From: Octopus vulgaris
Taxonomy: Eukaryota
Length of the DNA stretch: 64,000 nucleotides
Direction of reading: 5' to 3'
NCBI GenBank assembly: GCA_951406725.2
Contig: OX597830.1
Location: forward strand, 67,394,001-67,458,000
Under the pieces are notes generated by a model, which saw nothing but the letters and a program-made list of their open reading frames with translations, ran no database searches and was not told the origin of the DNA. This document shows, piece after piece, positions 40,266 to 55,689 of the stretch (positions within the stretch are counted from its first letter, which is position 1; every line of letters starts with the position of its first letter). The translations under genes were made by a program, and so were the position numbers.

Positions 40266-41333
40266 GTTTATTCATACGAACGTACCTGAGATGAAATATG
40301 TCATAAATAACAGTGACAAACGAAATATACACCGCCGGAAGTTGTTGTTGACAAAGAACAGCAGTAATTTTGAGCTGAATACACGTCACTTATTGGTTGA
40401 AATTACCGAAATACGACAACTTTAACACGACATAACTTTGAAAATAGAAACTTTTCTCAACAATGCTAAGCGTAAAAGATGGAGGCCAACAAATCATCCA
40501 TGTTAAAACAACGTTTTCTTTGATTTTGTACAAACAAAAAGATAAAAATAATTGAACGTCCAACGCAATCTTCGAATAACTCGTCCCCATTTTTAAATCC
40601 TTGTATGTTGGATAAGTAATTAAACGAAGCAGAGGAAAAAAGTATTTATACGAACGAATACTATTACTGTTACACGCGGGTAAACGATCTCTGCCACAGA
40701 CCACAGTGAATTGCTTACCAATCAATCGCTGTCAATCAACTGCTGATGACTGGGCAGTTGTCTATTCTATTTAATAGAAATGAATCTGTTCACCTTTATT
40801 CATCGGGTGGTGGAGTCGGAATCCACCTCAACAAAACCAAGTTTATAAAGTTAAAAGTGCAATTTATTTTTGTGGAGGCTGCAGAATATTTAATAACAGA
40901 ACCACTTTGTTTGTTTTTCTTTGTCTGTACTCCATCTACCCTTCTTTTTAGTCATTTTTAGAGGTATCATATAACTTTCCCAGTCTGACATTTGCTACAC
41001 ATTTTACACAGAAGTTTAAATTGATCAAATGAAGTTCTTTTGACATCATGTGGAACTGTTTCTCACCAGAAGATTTCATCCATTCAAATCCTGTGTGAAA
41101 AGCAGTGTACCATAGTAAAACTTATAAATAAGAAAAGAAGAAATCGTGAATATCTGTGTTAATATGGATAGGATAATTGTGGTTACTCTCATATCTTGTA
41201 CTGTTTATATTCAGTTATGGCTTCTCTGTATAATTTGTTGTAAAATTTAAAGACTCTACGATATCGCATTAATGTGAAAAGTTGAAACTACATCATTCCT
41301 TCTAACATTCCATATCATTTCTTTTATTTTCAG

Positions 41334-41369
41334 GAAGATGATATGGACACTTCAGAAGAAGCGAGGTAA
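41334..41369 (+). CDS. Putative acidic mini-exon (linker or terminal exon), EDDMDTSEEAR*
   Basis: Strong acceptor tttcttttattttcag. In phase 0 after exon G it reads EDDMDTSEEA, then either donor AG|GTAATG at 41366 (phase 2) or read-through AGG TAA stop. No TRPM similarity. Confidence 0.5.
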   Translation, partial: EDDMDTSEEAR

Positions 41370-42535
41370 TGCAAGAAATATATCCCTAAATCTGGTAACA
41401 TATAAGTGCATATATGGAAGGGTTTGAGTAATAATATATAAGTGATCAAAATTTTTGATTTGCTGAGATTATACTGTAATTAGTAGATAAAAACTTCTGG
41501 GGATGTTAATAAACCCTAATGGCCAAGGGAGATAACTCTTACGATCAATTGTTGATTACTATACAACACTATTCTTCGTAATATGTTGGAAATATACCAA
41601 ATTGTTACACTTCGAAACCTTACTCTGTTACATCATTGGTATTATTCATGAATTGTCAAAGGATTGAAACTAACAGAGGGATCAAAAAAGCAAAGTTTGG
41701 TTGGCACCCATCATTTGTCTACACTTATCTCTCTTAAGATAGCTATAGCATTAATAATTTTAACAATCTGACTAATTTTTTGTGGGGTGGGGTGAAAGAA
41801 ATTAAATTTTGTGATGTTGATTTCATTCTCTATTCTGTAAGAAATAATTCAATGTAAGCAAAAGTTAAAACTGGTTTGTGAACTTAATGAGAAATCCATA
41901 ACATCTGCTAATGATGTTCCTAATTATATTCAAGCATAGAATGAGTGAGAGAGAGAGGGGGAGTCAGAAAGAGATGCAGAGTGACAAAGAGAGAAACAGA
42001 AAGAGGGAGAGACCGAGTGATAGAGTGACAGGAAAAGATGGAGAGAGAAAGCGAGAGAGAGAAGGAACGAGAGAAACAGAAAGAAAGAGAGAGAGAGATT
42101 TATTGATTTTGAAATTTTACTTTTCTGGCAAGACATTTGATTGTAATTTTGTGTGAAGAAGCTAAGATGACTTCATCATGGATGATGAATGAGAGCCACC
42201 ACAACATATATAGTTGTGAGAACTTTATTATTTTTTCTTACTTATTATTAAATATGAAAAAATCTCAAAAGGTTACATGAAACCCATGCTACTTTGGCAG
42301 TTTGGGATGAAGATCAAAATGTCTAGTTTATTATTACTTAACAATTCTATAGATTCCAGTTTCCCCTCCATCCTAAGTTATTGTGGCTAAGCAGCAATCA
42401 AAGCATGAAATCTTCTTAGTTCACATCAGCAAAAATAATTCAAAGAAACAAAAATATGATAATATAAAGCAAAGTCAGTGTTTTAAGCCAAGTGGAAATG
42501 GAAAAAGACAACAAAGATTGAAGCAAAAGACTTCT

Positions 42536-42576
<41 letters not shown>

Positions 42577-43060
42577 ATGAAAGGAAGGAGAAGAGGATTA
42601 TCCTTGTCTTATTTCAGATAGTCATCATGGCAATGGATACAGGAAGTGATGGTAGGTATGTGATTTCTAGTTGAGGAGAGTGGAGATGAGTTGTTGATGT
42701 CCATGTGGAACTCAGGTAAAAAGAAATAAAGAAAGAGTAAATAGTAACAGGTGTGTGTCTCTATACAATATGTATATGGGAAAGGGAAAGAGTAGGATTC
42801 AAGTAGTGTGAATATGTGTGTATGTACATCTGTGGTGGATGGGAAATGAAGGAAGGACTTGAAGAAAAACAGAAATAATTTTAAATTCCAGTGGGGGATA
42901 ATAGCTACAAAGGGAGAGTTAATCAGGTTTAGCAGAAGGGATGGGGGAAAGAGAAAGAAAAGAATTAGGGGAAACTAATTAATGGTTAATTATAAAATTT
43001 GATTGGTGTATGAACTCTGGCATTGGAGAAATTTGTAAACTCCACCAGCATGTTGACAGG

Positions 43061-43104
<44 letters not shown>

Positions 43105-46100
43105 ATAGATGAATATATTCATTAATTTTGATGTTGTACTTGTTTGTCAAATGACTTTATCTGAGGCTGAATGTTGAACCCCAAAGCAATTGCGTCAAGG
43201 AAATGTCATGATAGTCATCACATCACACATCTCCTAACTCTAATCAGGATGAAAGCATTTTCTAATTTAAACATAAGGCTAACAATATTTAAGAGAAGGT
43301 CTTAATCTATACTATGAACCTCAGTACTTGACTGCTATTTTATTTTATCAACGCCCAAGGGGATGAAAGATAGTGATAGCCTCAGCAGGATTTGAACTCA
43401 GAACATTAAGGATCAGAAGAAATATGCTCAAACAATTCTACCACGTCATCGCCTTATTTCCATTATATTTAAAATACTGAGAAAAATTTAATTCATTTTA
43501 ATCAATATCAAGAAATCATTAGCTCATTCTCTGATACTAATTTAATGCAATTTCTGGTTCCTGGCTTACTTTTCTCTTCTCCTCAGACAAACATAACTTT
43601 CTTCATACTTATACAATGAAATATAAGAGAATCATTATGCTGATTTAAAATGCTCTACATGAGAAGACGTCATAACATTATTATTATAATGATTGAAGGA
43701 AATAACACAGAACTCCATAACTACAGAAAATAGCAATCAAGTTAATGATACAATAATGTAATGATGAGAAATTTGCTTCTAACTTAAGTATAAGGCCAAC
43801 ATTTTAAGGTGAAGGAATTAGTCAATAACACCAACTTCATTACTTAACTGGTACTTTATTTTATCAACACCAGAAGGATAATAAGCAAAGCTGATCTCAG
43901 AGGGATTTGAACTTAGTATATAAAAAGCTGGAACTAATACCACAAGACATTTTTTGTGACCCTCTAATGATCCTACTACAATAACTGTTTACATATTCTG
44001 GTCTAATTAGATTTCTTCAGCAAAGCATAGCCTTCTCTGCATAATATCTTTTCTCTACTTACTATATAAGTATTATTAACAACTGTTTAACCCATCATTT
44101 ATCTATTTCTGGGTATGGTTTTATGTCTCTATATCTGTAAATATTTATAGTTTTCACTAGGGTGGTTCTTTATCTCTTGATTTTGTTATTTACCATTTTC
44201 TACCTTCCCTATCAGAATTTTACTTCAACTGTTTATTTGGTTTAGATCTGTCTATGAGAAAAGAATTAATTCATGTGATGAATTTGGTATGGTAAAGTTT
44301 GAAAAAGGTGACCAGAAAATTGCAAAGGTAATTGTTTTTAATGTTCCCTTTATTTTTATTGACAACATCTGTTTGTAGAAATTTTATCCAATAATCAGTT
44401 CATTATTTTGTCGATGGATTTCTATAGCAGCAACGTTTTACACGGTTTTTGTGAATATTTTTAGATACTTTTTCATTTTTTTGTACAGTTGGCTATTAAT
44501 TTTCATGTTGGTGTATATGGATGGATAGCAATGCTCTTAGTGATTCTGAAAAGAAAAGACTTAAAAGTGCTACCATTAAAGGTTATTATATGTGGAGATT
44601 ACATGAAATAAAGATCTTCCCAACATTGATCCAGTAGAGGGCCTAGTGATTCTAGTTGGTAGCAATATGATAGACAAAGTACTGAAGAATATGAAAGCTG
44701 GAGAAACCCCATGAACCATTAGGAATTGTTGCTATAATGTTTAAAATACTTGGCAGTGTGAGATATGGCTTTGTTATTTGTTACAGTCAATCGAATTTTA
44801 CAGAAAAGTGGTATGCATAAGGACTTGCATTGTAGTATTACAGTGAGCTGTTACAAGAATAAAGGAGATGCTAGAGAAAGGTAATTATACAGAAGTATAA
44901 AATTGCTGGACAAGAGCACAAAAGTTATGGAAACAACCACAGCTTAAGTAATTAGAGAAAAGGTTACACTAGACAAGATATAGTTTGGTTTTGTGCCATG
45001 GACAAGTACTAAAAATGCCCTGCTTTTGGTGAAGTAACTGAAGGAGAAGTATCTGGGTAAAAGTAAGCTGCTGTATTTGACATTCAATAACCAGCGGAAA
45101 ACCTTTGACAGAATTCTTTACTTTGGGATCTGGTGGTCAAAAGGGGACTAGCAGCAGATGAATGGTTTATGAAAGCCACACACACCATATCGGTAATTTG
45201 TCATAGTTGTTTGCAAATAGTGAATTAAGACTTGAAATGTAACCGTCAACTTAGAGAATGAGAGGTTTTGCAAATGAAAACGGAAAATTTCGCCTTTGCT
45301 AAGTTAGTACCGAAAGTTGACATTGAGAAACCTTTTCAAATAAGTGAATCATAAATATAAAATAATATTTATTTATTTTTAATTATAAAAATAATAAAAA
45401 CCCTATTATATACCCGAGCTCAAATCATTTATGCATCTCAAGTATGGAAGTAATTCGTGCAGCCGTTTTCGCGTGAAAAGCGAATAGACACACACGCACG
45501 CACACGCACACACAGGTCTATTTTATACAAGAAGATGATACGTTTTCCTTGTTCATTTGAATATTTTCAAGGGAAAATCTAATAATTGCAGTTCACGCTT
45601 CCACAAATCTTTTAGCTTTTGCATAAAAGCGATCTTCCTGTGCTCAGATTGTACATATGCTTCATATCAATCTTTGTTCAAATCGTACGTCCAATGTACA
45701 CAGTGATTGTAGTCATGATTTGGTTGAAGGAGACTTATACGTCTAGCCATGAGGATTTTGTTAATTCATTGATATTTGTATTTGTTTTTCAAAATAGACA
45801 GTGATCTTTATTAAAAATTTTGACAATTTTTTGTCAGGATTAAATTAAAAGTTATTCACAGCTTGATTAATCTTTCAGGTTGTTTTTAAATCTACAATTG
45901 CATTGAAACGTACTTATTGAAATGTTACTTGACTTATTTCGTTATGTGTGTAACATTAAAAGGCTGTGTTTACAAAAATGTGTTAAGATGTATAGAAATG
46001 CTGCAATATCCGTAATATTCAAAACACTTATGAAGAATTAATCTTAAGTGATGTTACCGCACTCTGTAGCTTAACTTTTCCAATATTTGGTACGTTGCCT

Positions 46101-46509
46101 TCATATGAGCAGGAATTACACACGTCTCGAATATCGCTCTGACCATAACGGCCACCATGATGTATGTATGTATGTATGTATGTATGTATGTATGTATGTA
46201 TGTATGTATGTATGTATGTATGTATGTATGTATGTACATGCATGCATGTACTTATGTTTTGTATCTACCACTTGGACAATAGTCTATTTTATTCTAATGA
46301 TGTAATGAATATGTTGATCTAAACTGAATTCCAATATTTCTTAACTGTATACCTCATCAATATTAGAAATGTATTCTGTTGTGGCAGAATTATTGGAATA
46401 AATATTACAATATAGAATAGAATAATAGAATATTATGTAGAAAATAATTGTCTCGAGAAATGACTAATTCTAAATTTTATATTCTAAATTTTAAATCCAT
46501 TGGTCTATA

Positions 46510-49400
46510 TCTGTGGTGAGGCTTGTGTGTTCCTTCGGTCTGAGAGAGCGTAACCATCTGGAGCTTCGCTCCTGGTAGGGCTGCATTAGACTGACAAATC
46601 TTCCGGGGAGGTTCCAGATTAAGGGTGACCCACAGCGCGTCGGCTCATCTCCAAGATGTCAGTACTCTCATCTGATTATCCTGTGGAGAACCTGCATGTT
46701 CTCGACTAACGAGAAATCAACTTATACTACAGAATATGTATTGATATATGGAATTTCCTGTCACTCCACCGTCCCAGGTCACACACCCTGTTGTCCTGAT
46801 AGCTACTCTGCTACAACATCACCTTGGCGGACTCAGCGTGACACGCTGTCCTGGCAATGATAATTTCATCGAAGGTGATCGTTACTTTATCTGGAGCGAT
46901 CCTGAAGACTCAATGAGCCTCTACAGCATGGCACTTACATGCCCAAGTATGTCAGCAAGTCACCCAGTTTTCGGAACCCGGTGAGTGATAATTTGCTGTC
47001 CACTCTTTTCGACCGACCAACTCCAGACTCAGCCTATTGGTACAACCTTTGCCGACCCAGTCACCAATGACAATGGTAATCACCTCTGCTCCGATGCCGT
47101 TACAACAACCTTTATATTGCAGACACATGTTTCTCCCGAAAACTTACCCATCACTGGACTTTGTACAGTCCGGACGGTTACACCCAGAAGTCGATTGACC
47201 ATATCATCATCTCCCGCCGCTGGAGGTAATTTGTTACTAACTGCCAAGTCTAGTCTACAGAGGTGCTTAACTCGGTAATACCGATCATCGATTGCTGGTT
47301 GTGACCCCGCCACCAAATGCCAGCTACACCCTAACTCATCCTGTCTCCGTGATCCCAATATCGCCTCAAAATTTGTGTACTCTAGCACCAATCATTTCAG
47401 CGTCCTAGCTATGAATGAGACTGATAACTGGGAGATCTTTAAATCAAGTGTTAACCAGTATGCATGTAACGTCCTGGTATGTTCAAGAACTCTTCCTAAG
47501 CGGCGCTGGATTTTTACTGTGAGCGCATGAGATAATAAACTACCGCTGCAAGGTTTGCCTTTGTGGTGTATCATGAGGGTGTATCACCGGCTCAAACGGT
47601 ATGCAACAATGCCATATCAGACGACCGAGAGAAGTTCTGGGTGGGAAAAATTGAGCGCCTGCATGCGGCAGCAAAGAACAACGACAATCAGTCGGGTATT
47701 CAACTTGCACCACAGAGCTCGTGATGATCTCCAGTTTAAGATAGCCCCGGCAAGGGGTACCAATAGCAAAGTCATCACCACGGAGAAAGTCTATCCGAAC
47801 TCTGGAAGGAGCACTTCAGCCTTCTTCATCACCACCTGTCCCAATTGATCCCAGCCTAACCGTCACTGCAGTCACAGATGCAACCAATGACGCTTGTAGA
47901 CTCGATCCTGTCACCCTCAACGAAGTTATTGCCGCTCTAAAGATGACGCTCAATGCCCTCAAAGGTCTTGGAATCTGCTCTACCACTGCGGAGATATTGA
48001 AGCCTGGAGGAGAAAACATGACACAGGGATTCACTTGCATCACCAAACATGTATGAGTGTCAGAGCAGCTCCTAAATGACTGAACCCATTCTCCCCTTCT
48101 TGAAGTTAAAGGACAACAAACTCGCCTGTAATGACCACCGGGATATCATCCTCCTCCCTATCCCGAGCAAGCTCTTCACCAGCATCTTTCTCAGTCGTGC
48201 TCTTCATGCCACTAGAAGCAGATGCCACCCACAACAATCCGGATTCATGCAGAATCGAACTATCACAGATCATAGTTTTGCCCTTCGTCTCATCATTGAA
48301 AGATTTCAGGAGTTTCGCAAAGATCGCCAACTCTACATCACCTTTATCGATTTCCAGATGGCTTTAAACACAGTCGATCATGCATTCTTGTGGAAAATTC
48401 TCGAGCTCGTCGGTACCTCTCCCAAGATCACACTCTGTTCCAGCAGCTCCATAACAGTGCCAAGAGCTGCATTTGGGCGAACAGCAAAGATTCTGCCTGG
48501 TTCCTCATCAAGAGTAAGGTCAGATGTGGCTGTGTGGCCGTGCTTGAACACTTTAACTGTGTTACGGATTATCAAGGTCTGTGAACGAGTTTCTAAAAAT
48601 ACCACCTTATCAATTTTGTGTATGCAGATGACACCACCCTACTCATTAAATTAATCGACCAGCTCAGGGGACGTACTCACCATATTCCGAGAAAAATCAG
48701 CCAAACTTTGCTTTCTGTTAAGTTTGGCGAAGACGAAGCTGATGCATGTTTGGGATGGCCTGGAACTTCCCTCTCTCCATACTGGCCCCGACGTCGTGAA
48801 ATTTGTTAGCTCTCTCATCCCCTGGGCTCCATTGTTATCAACAATGAAACCTCTTTGGAGCCACTGCTCTGTCTCCCAGAAGATGAAACTCTGCATCTAC
48901 AATGCATCGGCCCTCGCCATTCTCCTCTATCGAGCAGAAACCTGGCCCCTCTCGGATACCCTGGCAAAGAAGGTCGGCGGCTTCAATAGCAGAACATTTG
49001 AGTACATCAGGTGGTACCATCATGTTTGCAACAAAGAATTGAGTGCGCGCATGCATCAGCACCCAGCTTCTCATCTCACAGTTCTCTGTCATATTCCCTG
49101 ATACGGACATGCTCTCCATTTCCTGTTAGATCATTCTACATGGGCTTTACTCTCATTCGAAGCTGAAGCTGAGGACAAGGAGAGGCTTTATGGCAGGCCC
49201 CGCACCGTATGGCTGCACGTGATTGGAGAATATTTCTAGAATCTTGATGCCACCGTGGAAAATGCAAAGGGGCTGGTACGGGGCCACCAGCGATAGAGAA
49301 CACTAGTGACTTCATCGGTTCTATGCATGGTGATGTCTCCGTAACCACTTACCTGGGAGGATATCAACTACTTCAAGCAAGAGCTTGAAGCATCCAACCA
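46510..49400 (+). mobile_element. Near-full-length decayed RTE-clade LINE (APE plus RT), only in cassette 2
   Basis: NDNGNHL, IDHII, CNDHRDIILL.IPSKLF, QQSGF..NRTITDH.FALRLI, FIDF..ALNTVDH, YADDTTL, YRAETWPL. Confidence 0.85.
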
Positions 49401-49738
49401 TGACTAAACTCTACATATGAGGGAAATATTCATATCTGTTACACTATTGAACATATATAGCAAGATAATAAACATATTATAATAAATAATTATTACAATA
49501 ACAGTTATGGCTGATAATCCTTGAAATTGTTGCTTGAATTTTCCTGATTTCATCTGTGACAGGACAAACCCATAACATCTGAAATAATGTCCAATACCAC
49601 AATTCTCAATATTATGAATACAAACAATAAATCATCACAATGAAATCTGTTCACAAAACTGCTAGCATTTGAATGTTTTTATTTCATTGTATCACACATT
49701 AAGTTACATTAATTAAATGCATTTTTTCTCACATATAG

Positions 49739-49922
49739 ATTGATTACATGAATCACCAAACCCCAATGGAAGCAATAATTCACTTGTTAATGCATCGATG
49801 GTTGATATCCTCATTGCCAAGCTTACTTATTTCTGTGATTGGAGGAAGGGAAGACGTCCAGTTGAATCCATTTACTAAACAAGCTCTTGGGCGTGGCTTG
49901 GTTAATGCAGCAAGAGACAATG
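49739..49922 (+). CDS. TRPM: TRPM-like exon A', cassette 2
   Basis: Same splice context as exon A (catatag ... g|gtataaag). Reads IDYMNHQTPMEAIIHLLMHRWLISSLPSLLISVIGGREDVQLNPFTKQALGRGLVNAARDN. Confidence 0.9.
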
Positions 49923-50004
49923 GTATAAAGTTTTATTTAATAACAATAATAACAACAATAACAGAAACAGAAACAACAACAGTAATGTTTTATTAAACAT
50001 CCTT

Positions 50005-50270
50005 AAACAAACCTTGTTCAGGGACCTTTTGAATGGGACGGGCTACTCGACCTCAAAAAATTTTAACTGGACCCCACCTGCAAGGTGTTTATCTTGATAT
50101 GAGATCACCTTGTGCCGTACATATGGTTGTGATACATGTTCCTAGTGCACCCTTTTTAGTCGGGTAGTCATGACGGGTATATTGGGTTTCATATATTTGT
50201 ATCCCAATGTCACTTTGATGGCATGCACTGTTCTCTCACTCAGTAATAATGATGATGATGATGATGATGA
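50005..50270 (-). mobile_element. Short interspersed repeat (SINE-like), copy-specific
   Basis: Block between AAC/AAT-rich and (GAT)n runs; not seen at the homologous position in cassette 1. Confidence 0.45.
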
Positions 50271-51301
50271 TAATTTCTTTACTGATCACAAAGTGTTTAC
50301 ATTACGAAAAACATTATGGACAGTAAATGACAAAGCAAATAATTTCTGTATGTGTATGATGGTGTGTTGTGAGGGTTTTGCGTGTAAACAGCTTTAGCAT
50401 AATGGAAGGAAACGAAACAAATTTAACAACGTATAATCCTCGACAGTGGGGAGACGTTCAAAGACTGCTCATGGAAAAACCTTATAAAAACCATGGATAC
50501 CCAGAATTTTGGGGCAGAGAATTCTGTTTCTTTCCTTTTCTCCAATTAGAGGCGTGTGCTCTGCGCAGACCCATTCACTCGCATCATTCACGCCACTCTC
50601 ATCTACATTTCAGTAGTCCAGAGCTGATCGTCCCTTTGACAGGCTTACTTAAGTATAAAATTTCTCTTTGCACTCTTCCATCTCTCTTTGAATATTGCAA
50701 GAAAAACTCCTATTTTTGAGGCATTGGGAAATGGAAAGAGTGACATTCATTCATTATTCCAGAATGAATATTACTAAACTTGAGCCAGTAAGTGAAACCC
50801 TGTCACACTTTCATCTAGATCTAACTCTTTCTCTAACATACAACACATTTCTAGTTTGCAATATGGAATAAATCAAATATGCTGGGAGAAGACGTCTGTG
50901 TCTGGAAAAAGCTGGACTCGTAAATGTATTTTAGTATTTAGTATTTCATTTCGTTTCGTTACAAGTTCAAATTTTGCCAGCGATTCATCTTATTCTACCT
51001 ATCTTGTCAAGGATTGATTTAAAAATTGATAACAGTAGATTCTGGGTTGATTCAATACATCATATCCTTGCTTCCATAATGAGAAATATATCAATAGTTA
51101 AATCGACCTCAGTTAACGACAGGTGCATATTTCTGCAAGATTATATGGAAAAAGAGAAAATTCCAGCCCTTTCAGTTGTTTTGAAGTCACTATGTGAAGA
51201 AATATAATTAGATATCACAAAGCATTTTCTCCAAAACTCTAGTGTAATTTTAGAATAAGAAACCAATATTTAAATATAATTATTGATCTCTTGTTTCGCA
51301 G

Positions 51302-51441
51302 ATGTCTGGATCATAAGTGAAGGTTTACATACTGGAGTTGCGAAATGTGTTGGGGAAGCTATAAATGACTATACATCTAGCAGTAACTGTCATACTATTG
51401 GTATTGCAGAACGGATCTATGTAAAAGACAAGAAATTGAGA
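51302..51441 (+). CDS. TRPM: TRPM-like exon B', cassette 2 (alternative in-frame end 51450)
   Basis: tttcgcag acceptor. Reads (D)VWIISEGLHTGVAKCVGEAINDYTSSSNCHTIGIAERIYVKDKKLR. Donors GTGAGT (51442) and GTAAAT (51451) are both phase 0. Confidence 0.87.
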
Positions 51442-51854
51442 GTGAGTAACGTAAATTTTGTTAAATTTTTTTCCTATTCTTAAAAAAAATGTTCTAATCT
51501 TATCCTTTCTCCGTAGCAACATTACGTATTGATTTATATTATACTATTGGTGCTTGAAATTTTGATATTAATTATTGAGATGGAACATTTAAGTATCAGA
51601 TTACAGCAAGGGATCAAGAAAAGACCCATATAATTTATGATGAAATGCTAATTTTATGATAAGTGAAGTAATATAGTCAAGGTTCGTGACTTTCATGTGC
51701 GTATTTTTTTCTGTTTTACCTGAATTATAAAAGCAAAACCAGCTGAGTGAATAGGGTGTTTGTCACCTGACGATAGAAAATGAGTTCACTTCTATTGCTG
51801 GTATTTCATTGTATCTGGGGAAACCTTTTATTCTACTTTGCCTTAGTTTCCTTA

Positions 51855-53340
51855 CCTTATTATAAATAAATCGCAGTATATGTGTGTAATGACTAATTGC
51901 ATACATTTCCACAATTTTCAACCGATTTTCACCAAACTTTATACTCATATTACTTATGCCCCAGGGATTGTCATGCACTATAACACTTTGCCCAGAGCTC
52001 CCGCATAAATGGATGTAAATGGACATAGTTCTTTGTATGCAGAGTCTTCCATACTTTACTAATCGTTTTATAAAAGTGAAAGGATTTTGTCTATTTCCAC
52101 TGTCCACCAATGACGGTGATTAAATTGACAAGGAACATTGAACGCATACATTTCCACAATTCTCAACCGATTTTGACCAAACTTTACACACGCATTGCTT
52201 ATGTCCCGAGGATGGTCATGCACTAACAAATTTTGCCCAAAGTTCTGGCGTAAATGTACCTAAATTTACATGTTTTTTTATATGTAGGGTTTTCCTTTAA
52301 TCTTTTTATAAAGATGAAGGGATTTCGTATTTTTATTTATTTCGACTGTCCATCAGCCACGGCGATTAAATTGACTAGGAACACTGTACGTGATGAATAT
52401 CCAATACCAAACAAACTTAATCGCCATATTTAAAATTTGGCAATCTTACCTTTACCTATTCTGAGTTTCTTTAAAGGTAATGTTCCCTCCTCTCTCTGCT
52501 ACTTGTCGATACATTTGTTTACCTACCAGTGCGTTGTTTCACTTTATTTACCTATCCATTATGATATTTTGACTGTTGTCCGTTGTTTCAAATACGTTTT
52601 AGCATTGTCGATCTAGCCTTTTTTAAAACAATCACATATGATTCATTCTAAAAACAATCAACCTTTAAATAAGAGTTTCGCTTCCACTAGCGAAAGCTAT
52701 ACATATCTTTCAAAAAGCTCCATACCAATTTAACTTTATGCATCGTTCGCTGCTAGTTTATGCGCAGGCTACGTGGGAGGACAGAATAAAGGGGCTTTTC
52801 TTAGCTTATATCTAAAAAATAGCTCCTTTTGCTGTGGCAAAAAAAAACTTGCAGAGGGAAGTTTCAACGTCTTCCTTCAATTTCATTATACCATTTATGT
52901 GTCTCTTTCTGACAAGAAATTTCGCTTTCATGTAAAACAACTATATTTTGTAGTCGTTATCCTTAATCTACTCCCAAAACACAGTAGCTCTACTTTGCAT
53001 CGCTTTCAAACTAATATGTTCGACGATCAGTAAAGTGCAACAACCGCCACAGTAATCAGCCTTCAATCTGATTTTCCATTCCTAGATTAATCGGAAACAT
53101 AGATTGCCATGCTACCCATAAACCTTCTTGGTTGTCCAATTATTTGGTAAAAAAATACCACCAAAGCAATGTTTGCTGGTGTAGATATATATAAAACAAA
53201 GGATGTGTGTTTATGCATTTCTACAGTTTTCAACTGATTTTCATCAAACTTTATACACACATTCCTTATGTGCCAAGGATAGGCATGCGCTATAACATTT
53301 TGCCCAGAGCTCCCGCGTAAAGCGAGAAACCGGGATAAAA
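51855..53340 (+). mobile_element. Non-autonomous Helitron/Helentron-like element with internal ~245-bp direct repeats
   Basis: The unit gcatacatttccacaattttcaaccgattttcaccaaacttta... occurs at about 51898, 52144 and partly 53214. The caaccgattttcaccaaactt motif resembles DINE/HINE-type elements. Confidence 0.55.
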
Positions 53341-53427
53341 AGGGGTTTTACACGAGTTTTTCTCTAAACACTGCAGTTTCCAACCGATTCTCTGCCTTTT
53401 ACTTCTGCAGGTTTCAACCTATTCTCT

Positions 53428-53464
<37 letters not shown>

Positions 53465-53754
53465 ATTTCTCCCTTCTTTCTGTTTTTCGCATTCTTTGTT
53501 TCTCTTGCTTACATTTATTCTCTCTCACCCTCTGTAATAGTTCCTCTCTTTTAGTTTATATCTGTTTCCCTCTCTCTCTCTCTCTAACTCGCACTCACTA
53601 ACAAACACCGAACCGGACAGTACTGCAACGTAACAAAGGTCTCATCTTCTCCATCGAGGATACGAACCCAATGTTGTAATAGCTTGGGATAACTTTATAA
53701 TGCCCTACCACAGAACATTAGGGATCTGCGAGGTGTAGAATGGAAGTCTTCAAA

Positions 53755-54850
<1,096 letters not shown>

Positions 54851-54866
54851 TACATATACATATATA

Positions 54867-54902
<36 letters not shown>

Positions 54903-54932
54903 TGTATGTATGTATGTATGTATGTATGTATG

Positions 54933-55048
<116 letters not shown>

Positions 55049-55488
55049 TGTGTGCGTGTGTGTGTAAATACGAAATGAGACAAGAACATCCTTTGTTTAT
55101 TCAACAAAGTAGGGTCCGATGGTAATTTTTCACGTCCGAAAATTCATTACAAAAGAGTAAAAAACCGATTGAATTACAATATGTTGTTACTTAGAGCATG
55201 CTAATATTAATATCGATGGACAGTTTCGATTTCAGCTCAATTTAGTCCAATTACAGTTTTTTTAAGGTTCTCTAAAGGGTTTCATTTCCACGTTTCAACA
55301 AACCGTCACCATCTTGAATATATATATTTGTATATATAGATATAATTATTTATACAAACATTTAATTTAAGATATATTCAACCTATAAAATATTAAGCTT
55401 GATCTTATTTCATAGTTTATTAGACAATTGTCTTACAAATGATACAAACGTTGTCTTTGGTTTAAGTTTAGTGGTATGTTTATACATG

Positions 55489-55541
<53 letters not shown>

Positions 55542-55689
55542 ATGTGTGTTTGCATGTGTGTAGAAGCTGCAGACGGTATTCGTTCGCTTGATGACTATTA
55601 GGAAAAATAAGGGTGTTATAATTTTGTGAGATATATTCTTCAAATGTGGATGTTTGTTTTCATGTGTTTTGTCGATCTCATTCAATGAA

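Noticed and set aside
42618-42655. Second mini-exon (IVIMAMDTGSDG) with AG/GT boundaries
   Set aside because: It gives an immediate stop if joined to the 41365 donor, does not restore phase to exon A', and has no counterpart in cassette 1.
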